From Massalongia carnosa (lineage: Eukaryota), in the NCBI GenBank assembly GCA_965645245.1, contig OZ287074.1, positions 186,001-250,000 on the forward strand: a DNA stretch of 64,000 nt, given 5' to 3'. This document shows positions 45,258 to 58,029 of this stretch, one piece after another. The translations under genes were made by a program, and so were the position numbers. The notes under the pieces were generated by a model that made no database searches, had not been told where the DNA came from, and saw only the letters and a program-made list of their open reading frames with translations. Within the stretch, counting starts at the first letter, position 1. Every line of letters begins with the position of its first letter.

Positions 45258-46009
45258 ATGCTCGGCCTTCTTTCCTTTCTGCTCGCATTTCTCCTCCCAA
45301 CAGCTTCTACAGTCCCAGCTGTTGGCAAACCACTTGGGTATGTCCCTCCGCTCGTCTCCCGGCCAAGCCAATTGACAGAACCATGCATAGCTACAACCTT
45401 GTCAATCTACGTATTGAAGGTCTCACCAACACCATCTATGAAGCACTCATCTACTCCGGGCCACGAAATATTACCACTGCCCGCGGTGGCACACATTCCT
45501 GCGATGGGACCAACGACGGCGCAAACCCCAAACCGGGCAACACCCCCACCGATGCCCTGGATGCCGCTTCCAAGCTTGCCAAGTTTCCTTTCGATGGTAC
45601 CTACTCCGCCTCTTTCGACGATTACTTCATCACGTCAATAGGATCGAGCACACAGACAGCTACCATGTTCTGGGGCCTTCTAGTCAATTACCAGTTCACA
45701 TCCGTAGGCGGCTGCCAAGTCGAACTTAAAACAAGCGATCAAGTTTTGTGGGCCTATGACGCTTTCAACAAGAATGCCTTTTTAAAAGTGGAACCCAGCA
45801 GGATCACGGTGAGGAAGAACCAGCCGAAGATAGTTACGGTTACTGACGGGTCGACGGGAGCGCCGGCACAAGGGGCGGTAATCAATGGAGTCACCACTGA
45901 TGCGAGTGGAAAGGCAACATTGACGTTTCCTAAGCCGGGGGTGTTCACGTATAAAGCGACCAAGTCTGATGCTATTCGGAGCAATGCCTTATTGGTGGTG
46001 GTCTTGTGA
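45258..46009 (+). CDS. Secreted DUF4430-like (transcobalamin C-terminal-like) protein with Ig-like tail
   Basis: Signal peptide MLGLLSFLLAFLLPTAST; intron 45338-45390 (GTATGT...CATAG) fuses in frame to YNLVNLRIEG...GGTHSCDGTN...FDDYFITSIG...FWGLLVNY...VGGCQ...DQVLWAYDAF. Confidence 0.7.
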
Positions 46010-46381
46010 AAGATAAAGCTCCCCGCTTTAGACCATGAGGAAATTCAGGAGATGAGTTGTCTTCTCATGTTCGATTGCCACCATTGGTCGGAATCATATG
46101 AAAAGTTGAATGCGTTTGACGTATAATTGTTGGAATAATAGTTTAGGATGAGATGACTGCGAAATATCATTATCTTATTTTAAATACAAAGTCCAGAATT
46201 ATGTCTAAAAGTAAATATTCGCAGTTCATTATGTCAGCTAGGAAACCAACTGTACAACTATCCATCCTCCTTCAATTCTAATCGAGATGACTTTTAGAGA
46301 GAAAACGATCGAATCTTCCTTGAAGCACTAATCTAAACATAATGATAACCTGATATCCCTTTCAACTTCTCTCTCCCTCGC

Positions 46382-46870
46382 TCAATAATCCCTCATCCCA
46401 TTTCCCCCACACAACCGATTGACCCCCAAAATCCTCTCATACGAGTCCTTTATGTTATTCTTCACAAAATCCTCTGGCCTCAACTCGACATCAAACCCCT
46501 CACACCACCAGCGCTTCTCCCGATTCTGGCCCTCGGGCGGCGGCGGATACGGTACCCCCTGGTCGATCTCGAAGGAGCGACAGATGCGGGTGTCATTGCC
46601 GGCGTAGGCGACGCATTGGTCGAGGCAGAAGGTCGCCCAGGCGGCGCGCGGGAGCTGCAGGTTGAAATCGGTGAAGAAGAAGAGGATGTGGGGGTAGATG
46701 AAGGAGTCGGGGAGGCGGTAGGGGGGTGGAAGGAGTGGGGTGACGGCGGTGTTGGCGGAGGTGAGGGGGAGGGTGCAGTTTAAGGGGGAGGGTGGGATTG
46801 CGGACGTCCTGAGAATGGTGCAGAGGAGCCAGATGGTGAGGGTGAGGAGGATGGTAGGGAGACGACACAT
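46382..46870 (-). CDS. Small secreted Cys-containing protein of unknown function
   Basis: Hydrophobic signal (MCRLPTILLTLTIWLLCTILRTSA), Pro-rich linker, CLDQC...CRSF...WWCEGF; intronless, ~162 aa. Confidence 0.7.
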   Translation of the reverse strand: MCRLPTILLTLTIWLLCTILRTSAIPPSPLNCTLPLTSANTAVTPLLPPPYRLPDSFIYPHILFFFTDFNLQLPRAAWATFCLDQCVAYAGNDTRICRSFEIDQGVPYPPPPEGQNREKRWWCEGFDVELRPEDFVKNNIKDSYERILGVNRLCGGNGMRDY

Positions 46871-47899
46871 GGGGAAGATGATTGTAGAGTGAGGGACCGA
46901 ATCTCCCAATGCTCGCAATGAATTAGCAAAAGAAAACTATTTCCCCATCGGCTTTGGCGACCGTTTCGAGATCATATACTCCGTGAACGAAAGATATAGC
47001 GACGAAGCGGTTCCTTCACCTTTAATACTCTCGCAAGATTGAGCTACTGCTTATTACCTACTTACCTACTAACCCCGTACAAGGTTGGGCGACATTGGTC
47101 CGTGCCCCCCCATAATTTCGAAAAACAGTCACAGAACATCAACAAAACACAGATATTTTCTTCATTTCTACCATTTTGTTACTCTGCCTTCTCTGTCTTT
47201 ACATTGCTTTATACGAGAAGCCATTGTAGTGATCAAATTGTCATCTCTAGACTCCTTCACAATAAGGGTTCATTGGAGAAATGAATTCTATGCTCTGGCA
47301 TAATCTGCCTTGCTTTCCTGATTCAGCAACTTGCAGATATTAGTATGAAGGATCTGTCACAATGAATTAGGTATGCATTAGTGTGGAGGGAAACGGGTGA
47401 TGAAATCATGGATGATGATGTCATTTCGGTTTCGGAGAAAACGTGGTCTTTGTAAGCGCCGTTGTGGAAAGAAGGGAATAATCATCTCAAAATTGATTGG
47501 CGAGCCTTCGGTCGCTTATCTGTCGTCAATCTGATGTCATCTACTCACCCACCTACTTCTACTTCGTAGACAGACACCTAATGGATCATGGCTGAATATC
47601 ACACCGAAGTGTCATGTCTAGTCATATCTGGATAAGTGAGCATGTGTATCTTCACCCAAAAATGCACCTTTTGCTTGTTTTCTTTTCTGCACCTATGAGA
47701 TTCTTAGTAAATTGGAGCCCGGTAGATAGAGTCAACTTACATCACACGAGTGATTAATCTTGCTAAATATTGATTTGCAAATAACGATGTTTGTTTTCGA
47801 GAATGAAACAGCTTCTTTTTATGTTTTATGCTTAATCAACGCGTTCATCTCGATAATCATTACTTGCTTTCAATTTTCTTTACATCGAATAACAAATCG

Positions 47900-49190
47900 A
47901 GTTACAAGTCAAATCCTGCGCACGATGAAAAGAATCCTAACAACAGGTGCAATACAAGCAGTACTCCTCACGGCCATAACGATATTATTGAGGACACAAA
48001 CTCAGATTGTGATGCCAAGTATCCCGGCTGTATCTCTCTGGGAAACTTTCACAATCCTCCGCCCTGGGACTGCCCTAATGATCCTGGTTATCTACCACGA
48101 GGTAATTGTGTACTTGTTCGGCTAGCGCCTTGCCATCCGATGGACCCGGAACCCCAGCCAGGTTGTATTAAGATAAATATTCTTTTTAATTCTCCAGCCG
48201 ATGATAAAAGCTAGATCTGTGTTAGGTCGATCCCAATACCACGTGTGTTCCCGGAAACCCCGGATGTAATACGGAAGGGATAACTCCAACACCCATCCAA
48301 CAATGTGAGTCTGACGAGATTGAATGCTCTGCAGATGAAGCAAGGCCTCCCCTTCCGCCTAGTGTCCCACCCGATGCTCCAATTGTTCCAACGAAAAACC
48401 CGACGGTCATACTTGACCCTGCAGATGAATTGAACCTTACTTGCCTTGATTTGATTGAATAGTCTGACTTCATCGTTAAATGAAAACCTCATCTCAAAAC
48501 CTCATGTTATTTCAGAGGTCTCAGTTTCGAGCATTGCTAACAGATATTAGGTGAACTCATGTGTTCGTTCGTTGAGGCAGATACACATGACACTGGGAAG
48601 ATCGATGAGTCCCAGTGCCCGCCTCCTAAGCTTGTTGAAGTTCCTGCAAATCTTATAGTACCACCACCTCCACCCCAGCAATCTCCGGTTCAAGGATCGG
48701 AACCGCCAACGCAAAAGCTGCTTCCCGAACCTCCATGGCAAGACCCGAAAGAATCAACCCCCGTACAGTTCTAACTAAACTCTCCCCGAAATTTCCCTGC
48801 GACAATGAGAAAAATTCCTACCGAGGAACCCTACTCCAAAAATGGACTTACTTCAAAGTCTTCTACGACCGGCAGCACCCTACGGACACTCCCCTTGCGC
48901 TCTTTGTCACGAGCAGCAACTTTGACCAGGACGCCATCCTAACCGTCACCGACGTCGAGAATCAGGCCGAGCATTGGACGATCAAGCTTGATAGAGAGTT
49001 GCTCGGAGAGACGGAGGAGAATTCTTTGATCGGCGTATTTTATAAGATTCCCAAAAATATGTATTGTGTTAGGTCATCAGCTCAGCTGATTGAATAATAA
49101 GGATTGGGTTTGCTAACTAATTTTTGCGTCAGGCTTACATTCGCTTTCTATTTAGTGAACGAAGAAAAATATGGAATCATGATGGCATGA
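47900..49190 (+). pseudogene. Probable decayed multi-exon Pro-rich gene of unknown function
   Basis: Splice-like signals (GAG|GTAATT, CAG|GTTGTA, CTAAC...AG) around Pro-rich coding-like segments broken by stops and frameshifts. Confidence 0.3.
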
Positions 49191-50098
49191 GGGCGGATAT
49201 TATCGATTTGAAGGCATTTGCAGCTCTTAAAGGAGTTTCTTTCAGCTGTGCTAGTACTTCTTTGATATGGTGCCCATCAATGATTGAACAAGTTGGATAA
49301 ATCAAATCAGAGTGAGGAGTCAACCAAACAAACCCAAGCTGTACAGCTGTTTCCCTTGTGTACTGGCAAGGTATTGATTCGTAGGCCGGTAGTTTTTGCA
49401 TGCCGGTAATTTCGATGACTTATCTGGAACCTTTTTCTTTGTGTCATCTATAAATCCCAGATCAAAACCTCGAACAGAGCCGCACATCTCGCAGTTTCCA
49501 GCCAGTGCCAGTACCAAATCAGCCACCGAAGGTATGGCGCTATAGATCTGACGGATGTTATACCCTCGTGCTAGATGCCCCGTTTACATTCGTCAAAGTG
49601 TGTAAACAGCCGAATCCTGCCCGAATGGGATCGTCGCTTTCATCCACAAAGATAATGTGGAGATCTCCAGCGGTGATGTTGTGTTGTTCCCAAGTCAACC
49701 GAGTCACCCGGCTTGTTTGTTTGTTTACTATTTGCATCGTCGAGGCAGGGACATCGGTTATCTTTCTTTTAAACGCCATATCATCTCATAAATTGGATGC
49801 GCGTAATGAACAAATGGTAGTAGAATTGCTTTCAAGGCGAAAACGCAGTTTTAGACTCTTCGGTTTTATGTTGTGCTGCTTCTTTTTGACCGGAAAAAAG
49901 AGATAAGAAACGAAGAACATATATCAAAAGAGTCAAGAAAATCCACGTATATTTTAAGTCCTTATTTGTGATTCGAGAAACAAGGACGACGTCTGGACTT
50001 CTCTTCAAGACAGATTGCGAACTCGCCTGATGACAGCATGAGAAAAGTCCAGTCGAAACAATTTTCTTATATTTATCGTCAAATAATCCTTCTCATCA

Positions 50099-50809
50099 CT
50101 AATCGTACCATATCTTTGACACTAACAATACCGTATCCGATGCACCCCCCTCTACGTCAAACTCAAACCTGTCTCCCGCTTTCTTAATCACCGTGGTAGT
50201 GCCCCAGTCCTTGCCATCAAAACCTCCATTTGGCCCTTCCTCGATGCGCCACCCCCTGGAACCTAGAGTCCATATAGTTGAGGTCCAGGTGCTAGGCTTC
50301 AGCCTTTGATTCTCCACCCGGGCGTATTCGATGGAAACATTGGTTCGGTGGATCCCGCCGCTGAAGTAGAAGCCGATATGGCCGCCTCTAGGATAATTAC
50401 CCCATACACGCGTGATCCCGGCAGGATGTTTGATTTTTGGAAAAGCATCCTTGAGACTATATATGTATGAAGTCCCAACCAAGAGTTGGAGACCGTCAGG
50501 GAACTTTACACCTTCGGGATTAAAGAAGCCGGGTGGAAAGCTGTTGAACTGAAAGAAGCAAAGAAGTCATTAGTCAGATGCGATGCTCTATCAAGTAGAG
50601 TTATGACTTGCTTCAACGACTTTGGATCCTTTTGGCACAGCTCCTTGATCAGAAGTACATTTCACTGGCTCAAGCGGTGGTGAAGGGATAGAGTCATCGA
50701 GCACAATCTCTAGATGAGAACGAGCTTCAATATGCTCGCTTAATAACTGTGGAAGAGATCAGACTGGTCTGATGACGGTCGCCGGCAAAGCGAGATTCAA
50801 GAAATGCAT
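50099..50809 (-). pseudogene. Putative secreted protein gene with a premature TGA at codon 17
   Basis: MHFLNLALPATVIRPV*SLPQLL...KVVE, then a GC-AG-type intron (GCAAGT...CTAAT...TTCAG) in frame with FNSFPPGFF...SKIWYD. Confidence 0.5.
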
Positions 50810-52479
50810 GGCTTAGTAAGAGAGCTTGAACCAGGACTTAGAAGTATGATTTGAATTGAGCTTCCTAAGTCTAGTGAGATAATAACAATGGTTGATGAAC
50901 TCTAGAAAATGAGAGGAATATAATTGTGTATTATAGACATAAGACATTACGTATGAACAGGTGCGCTCTCGTTCTCAACGCAAAGTAAAAAATCCAAGGC
51001 TAGCGATCTAGAACCATGACTGTTTAAAGGTAAGGCAACATTATGTAACCCGTTGAACATGTCCTATTCCAGCATGCATCCAAGAGGGCATACCTATCAT
51101 TTGAAGACCAGCCACCGCCGAGAGACTTAAATAGTCACTGGAAGTCTTTGCAGACCTTGCGTAAAGCTTGATGACAAACGTGATTCTTTTTTTCCGAAGC
51201 TCTTTGATGAATCTTGAAAGCGTCAGCTACACGACAAGAAGCATGCATGTTTTCAATGAATGCATGCATTGATGACGATCAATTTAAATTGCCTTTCAAC
51301 GGAGGTGCCACCGTTCAATTATGCGCGCATTCATGTATGTTCTTGCATGCATTGGTTTTTTGTTTTTACCTGCATTTGGTACAATACATGTTTCAGCATG
51401 TAATTTTGTGTTGACAGCATTTATCTTTCGTCAAAGCTAGCTATCTCTGCAATACTCAATACTCCGTATCATACATTCTGATCCGGTTGCTATGCTGACA
51501 GAGTAAATCAGAAAGTAAAACAGGCCAGCCAATCGCCCTCTACATTAGCAACCTCCTTATGTTGAGAACCATCATGTTGAAATACTTCGTTTCTCTTGAG
51601 GTTAATCATAGTGTATCCCTGACTCATGAGTATATTTGGATATGTTGGTCCATTATTGCCTTAACATATTTTGGAATGCTTGTTTTACGATTGTTTGAAT
51701 TGCCTCAAGAGCGATACGTGCTGTGTATTTAATGCTTGCGAAACTCTGATTTTGATTTATACTTCGTGTGGCTTGCATATCAGTTTCTAGGCCCGCAGAT
51801 CTCTACTCCGCAAACTTGGATAGTCCGGTGTGGTGGTTGGTCAGTGGACCTTAGTTAGCACTAGTGCTTAAGCATCGTGTACATTATGTTGCAGATATTC
51901 TTATCCTCCCCGCGTTTGCATCTCGACCTCTCCTTTATAGGAAAGATCGATGGAAGACGCAGCTTTGTGGATTTCATGACCGCTATGACATCAAGCTTCT
52001 TACAGTCTGTTTCGTCTGTTACGACGACCTGCGCACCTGCAACGATCTTATAGCGTTCAAGTACTTCGTAGAAATGAGCGTGCTGTAAATAATTCTCCTT
52101 ACCCAGCCATGATCGCCTCTCCATCTAGATACAAATAAAATATCATGGAGGCCTCGCCGCCTCTCTAAGTCTGCGAAGTGCAAAGACCGAAAAGCGTACC
52201 GCAATTGCTATGTAATACCAATACGAGTGAAAGATCACCGGCGTCAGCCATAGAATGCGTTTGAAACTAGAGGCATCTGATGGGCCTGATTGCCTTATCG
52301 CCGAGTTGCGCTTTTGGTCTAGCAAGCATTTAAACGAGGTCAAGGGCCTAGTAAAGTACCATTTCCGAGGACAGTTAAGGTCCGACACTTGTCTCGAGGG
52401 GAGAAGATTTCGGGAAGATGATGTAGATGTATATAGCAGGTGATGCACTATTCGCTTTTCGAATATATTAGTTATCTTC

Positions 52480-55400
52480 TGTCGATATTAATAGACCGTG
52501 GTTCAAGCCAATTCCCGAAGTAAGATCCTGTTGAAGGAAAAGCACGTGGTTTCGGACTAATAACCGAGGCCTCGATCTTTCATATGCTATTTCTTTCTAT
52601 GCCATATATCTGATTTCTAATACTCAATGATTTCAAAGCATTGTACCTCGCATGGGTTCCGGATCACTAATGATTTATTAGTAAATAGAAGTGGCTGGAA
52701 GATATCTAGATTATGAAAGAATGTGGCGAAATGGTCTATATAGCTAGCTAGAATTTCCAGTTTAGATAGACAAGGAGAACATCATTTTCCAGATCAATAA
52801 GAACGGTCCGACAGTTATGAGCCCGGCTTCCTAATCGCTGCATTCATCGATCAGTATCCCCAAGTTCTTATTGACCTTTATTGTTACTTCTTCCATCTTC
52901 TTTGGACAATCGAACAGAAGATGTCTTTCTCTACCTTGCCCGCTTCTAGTCAGAAAACCGTGGTAGTCCTCAAGGAGCCCGGTGACTGGGATGAATGGAT
53001 CCTTATCGTGGAGTCCATGGCCAAGCGAGGTGGAATCGAGCAGTATGTGGACCTGGCGAAACCTGAGCCAGACGAGCCAATCAGACCCATTACCCCTACC
53101 TTCTCTTCCATGAAAGCAGGTGCCGTGTCATCCGAGGACTTAACCGAGGGACAGCGACGGGATCTGATATTGCGAAGAGAGGATCATAGAGAAGACTTGC
53201 GTACGTATCGGGAGAAGACCGAAGCCCTAAAAAACCTGGAAGCATATATATTGACCACCGTGGATCGGACCAATTTGTTATATCTCAGGGGACAGGACTC
53301 GATATATAAGAAGTTATCAGCTCTAAAGAAGAGGCTTGCACCGACGGACCGGATCCGAGAACTCGAAGTTATTCGGAAATATAAGGACCTACAACGTGCC
53401 CCCAAGAGTCAGCAACTGGATCACTGGTTGTTGGAATGGGAGAAAGTCTATGCAGAAGCGGATAGACTGAAAATTCCGGACGTTCAGGGACATAGATGCA
53501 TTTATGATTTCTTGAATGCGCTAAGGACAGTGGACGGTTCGTTTGTGGCCGGTAGAGAGGCCATATTACAGTATAAAATTCATCGGAATGAGGAAGATTT
53601 CTCGATAAGGGATCTTCTGGAAGAATTCCGGAATCATTTGCGAACCGCCAGGGCCCTAGATAGCAAGGGGGCTACCCATTCGGCATTTGCAACATTTCAA
53701 GGATCTGACCAATCAGATCAAGAAAAATCGAACTCGACAATGAGTCAAAAATCAGCTCAGGGATCTAACTCGGACCAAGGAAATTCCGAGAAGAAGTGCA
53801 TATGTGGCAAGAAGCACCGCTTCAAGGCTTGCTACTATTTGCTCAAGGACCTGAGGCCAGAGGGGTGGACCCCGGACAAGAGCATTGAGAAAATAATAGA
53901 AGAAAAGCTAGCTAAGAATCATCGGCTAGATAAGATCATCAAGTCGGTCCGAGATAAGCACGCAAAACAAGTCGAAAAAGTCGGAAAGGAAGAGAAATCG
54001 TCTTCAGAAAAATCCGATCCTGCAGCATTTGCAGTTTCGATAGTGCCTGCCGGATCATCAGTCTCGATCTTGCCTGCCGCACCACCTAGATCGTTTTCAA
54101 CGTTTGCAGTTGCTTCCGAACCGGAGCCACATAGGTTGGTCAACTGTTGGACCCTGGATTGTGGAACAGACATTCATGTATGCAATGATCCGGAGCGGTT
54201 TCAGTTGACGCGTATAGCAAACACTGATGACAAGCTCATGGCCGGAAAAACCGTTTATAGCATAGATGGATATGGAACGGTAGATATCACGGCACAAGGA
54301 CCTCATGGGCCGGTGCCAATCAGGCTTCTAGATGTGGCGCTATCCTCAGGATTTTTCACCAATTTGGTGTGCCTAAGCAAGCTAACAAAGAAGGGGGTTC
54401 ACTGGGACACCGAACATTCTCATCTGCATCAGAAGGGAAAGACGTTCTGCCGCACCAAGCAAATAGGGGGCCATTGGGTGATAGAAGACAACCCACCAAC
54501 GGTAAGGTCGCATAGAGCATTTGCGGCCAGTACCAGTCCGAAACCGGAATTGATAGCGACGGGAAAAGAGTGGCACGAGATGCTCGGTCATCCTGGACCG
54601 GAAACAATTTCTCACCTCGAAAAGGGGGTAGATGGAGTTAAGGTAACAGTACCCGAGTCAGCACCGAATACGATGCAATGCGAGACATGCTCGCTGACCA
54701 AAGCCCATCACCTGATCTCGAGACGTTCGGGACAGGAAGTGCCAGCGAATTTTCCGCTCGGTCGAGTAGGGTATGACCTTATTCAACTGACTGAAGCATA
54801 CAACGGGGACAACTGGGTGAGCCACTTCAGGTGTTTTTATACCAGTATGGACTTCGTCTACACCCATACTCGAAAAAATGATGCTCTAGGGGTGATCAAG
54901 GAATTCCTGAAAATGACCAAGACTAGATACGATCAGACCGTTCGGTTTTTTCGAACAGACGACGAGCGAACCCTCGGCTTAGAATTCGCCGAGTTCATGA
55001 AAATGAGAGGTATCACCACCGAAAGATCGGCCCCATATACTCCAGCACAAAACGGTCAAACCGAGCGATCTGGGGGGGTACTGGTGATCCGAGCGCGGGC
55101 CTGCGCATAGCAGCAAATTTGCCAGCTAGTATGTGGCCAGAAATATTCAAAACGGTTGGTTATCTAAATAACCGGACCCCGAAGAAGATGCTAGGGTGGA
55201 AAACACCAATAGATAAATTAACCGGGGAAAAACCGAAACTATCTCACCTGCAGCCGTATGGTTGTCGAGCGTTCCCGCTTAATCAGGTGATTCCCAGGAA
55301 AGAGAAGCTCGAACCAAGGGCTTTTATTGGATACCTGGTGGGGTACGACTCCACTAACATCTTTCGAATATGGATTCCCAGCCGTATGAAAGTCATCCGG

Positions 55401-57926
55401 ACCAGGGATGTAATGTTTGATAAGACAAGATTCTATGAGCCCAATGAGCTCGATATAGGACATTTATTAAACATAACCGTGGAAAACGTGATTCAGGTGT
55501 TGGAAGTGCCCGAAACATCCTTTGCAGGAGTGATGATTGAGCAAGACGATGAGGAGGTAGGTCCGAGATTGGACCAAACAACCAATCAACCTAGTGAAAC
55601 AGAAACGTCAGAAAAGACGATTTTTCCTCATACCGATATGGAAAACAATCCTCACTTACCTACCCCTGAAAAGACACCGGAGCGTGATGGTTTGGAAAAG
55701 ACTCTGCAATCGGACGTTCAAATAAGCTCCGAGCCGGACGTTCAAGGAATGCCAGGTGTTCAATCAACCGAGGACGGACCGAGCCAGCCGAGACAGTCGG
55801 CTAGGCCGAGACGCACGCCTCGGGTGGTAGAGACAACGGATGAATCAATTGCCAGGAACACTAGATCAAGGAAACAGGCATATGCAATTGCGCTGGCATC
55901 AGTCAGCAAGTTAACCCCGTTCCATGCAGCGTTTTCGGTCGGCCTAGAACGGCCACAGGTCGGAACCTTGAAGAAATTCCATCGGGATGAGATCCCGGTG
56001 GAGCCCCGATATTGGAGGCAGATGCTCCAGCACCGTTTTTCGCAGGAATTCCAGCTAGCGGCCATCAAAGAGCTCACCGAGCTTGAAAAGCGTGGTACGT
56101 ACGAGCTAGTGGGAAAATTTCAGGGACAGGACCGGATACCACTCACCTGGGTATTTAAGTATAAGCATGACACCGACGGCTATGTTGAGAAATTCAAGGC
56201 CCGTCTATGTGTACGAGGAGATCTTCAGATGACTCAGCAAGATACGTATGCTGCAACATTGGCAGCGAGAACGTTTCGAGCTCTAATGGCTATTTCAGCT
56301 GCATTTGACCTTGATATCTACCAGTATGATGCGGTCAGTGCTTTCATAAATAGCCCGATTGATGAGGAAATCTTTTGTGAGTGTCCAGAAGGTTTTGACA
56401 AGCCCGGATACTGTTGGAAGCTTAGAAAAGCTCTGTACGGATTAAAACAAGCACCGATTCTATGGTATAAGCTCCTAACCATGGCCCTAGAGGAACTCGG
56501 ACTAGCGCCAGTCCCAGGGGTCAACTGTCTATTTGCCAATGAGTGGATTATCCTATTCTTCTATGTCGATGACATTGTGGTCATATGCAGGAAGCATAAT
56601 TCGGACAAATTACAAGAATTTGAGAAAGCTCTCCTGAAACGATTCGAAATGCATGCTCTAGGGGAATTGAAATGGTTTCTCGGTATAAGGATTACCCGAG
56701 ACCGAGCAAATAAGAAGATATGGTTATGTCAGGACTCATACATTACCAAAATGGCTGCGAAATTTAATCAGCACGGGGAAACCGCGAAAACACCACTGAC
56801 AGTGGTGCCTCCAGCCAATGAAAACGAGCAAAAAGCAGACAGTCAACGTATATATGCGTACCAGCAACGGGTAGGTTCATTGAACTTCGCAGCGGTAATA
56901 TCCCGGCCCGATATAGCATTTGCAACTGCAAAATTAGCTCAATTCTTACAAAACCCGTGCCCGGATCATCTGTCTGCGGCCGATCGGGTTATTGCTTATC
57001 TAAATGGGACTAAAAACCTGGCTATAGAATATAACGGTCATCAGAAAACTGACATTCTGATGTGTGCTAGCGATGGAGCGTTTGCTGATGATGAGTTGAC
57101 TCGAAGAAGCTCCGATGGTTACCTTTTTCAGCTGTATGGTGGACCAATAGACTGGCGAGCAGCTAAACAAGCCACGGTCACCACATCGAGCACTGAAGCC
57201 GAGTTGCTAGCCCTGTCTCGGACCGCCAAGGAAGCTATGTGGTGGAAATGGTTTTTTCAAGCCATTCGGTTCAATCCCATGGAAAAGTTGCACATTCGGT
57301 GCGATAATCGCCAGACCCTCAGAATCCTAGATAAAGAGATGTTGAAGCTAGATACTAAGCTTCGGCATGTGGATATACATCGTCACTGGTTAAGGCAAGA
57401 AGTTCAAGCTGGTCGTATAAACGTCAGTTGGATGCCCACAGCGGAATGCCTGCCGACGGATTTACCAAGGTCTTACCTCGTCAGAAACATGACGATTTCA
57501 TCAAACAGCTGCATTTGACTGACATATCAGTCATACTGGCTAATCAAGGTCAGGAAGCAGCTTCAGCATAGTATGCTAAATCTGGGGGGGTATGTCGATA
57601 TTAATAGACCTTGGTTGAAGCCAATTCCCGAAGTAAGATCCTGTTGAAGGAAAAGCACGTGATTTCGGACTAATAACCGAGGCCTCGATCTTTCAGATGC
57701 TATTTCTTTCTATGCCATATATCTGATTTCTAATACTCAATGATTTCAAAGCATTGTACCTCGCATGGGTTCCGGATCACTAATGATTTATTAGTAAATA
57801 GAAGTGGCTGGAAGATATCTAGATTATGAAAGAATGTGGCGAAATGGTCTATATAGCTAGCTAGAATTTCCAGTTTAGATAGACAAGGAGAACATCATTT
57901 TCCAGATCAATAAGAACGGTCCGACA
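52480..57926 (+). mobile_element. Ty1/copia LTR retrotransposon, full length
   Basis: 334-bp LTRs at 52480-52813 and 57593-57926 (4 substitutions seen); TSD TCTTC; PBS GTTATGAGCCC at 52814; PPT G7 at 57584-57590. Confidence 0.97.
52921..57571 (+). CDS. Copia gag-pol polyprotein (PR-IN-RT-RH order), two apparent 1-nt frameshifts
   Basis: WTLDCGTDIH protease; WHEMLGHP...CETC; FRTDD/PAQNGQTER; KARLCVRGD, LYGLKQAP, YVDD; SSTEAE, KLRHVDI. Frame breaks at ~55100 and ~57445. Confidence 0.93.
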
Positions 57927-58029
57927 TCTTCTCTTACTGCCGGATCGAGTCGAGCTCTGTCGTCGGACATATCATTAACCAGAATAAGACATAACAACAG
58001 TACAAGTACATCCTTTACTCGTGATGTTT

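Noticed and set aside
51214..52448. Short ORFs and TGCATG-rich stretch upstream of the copia
   Set aside because: No recognisable motifs, splice structure or ordered repeat.
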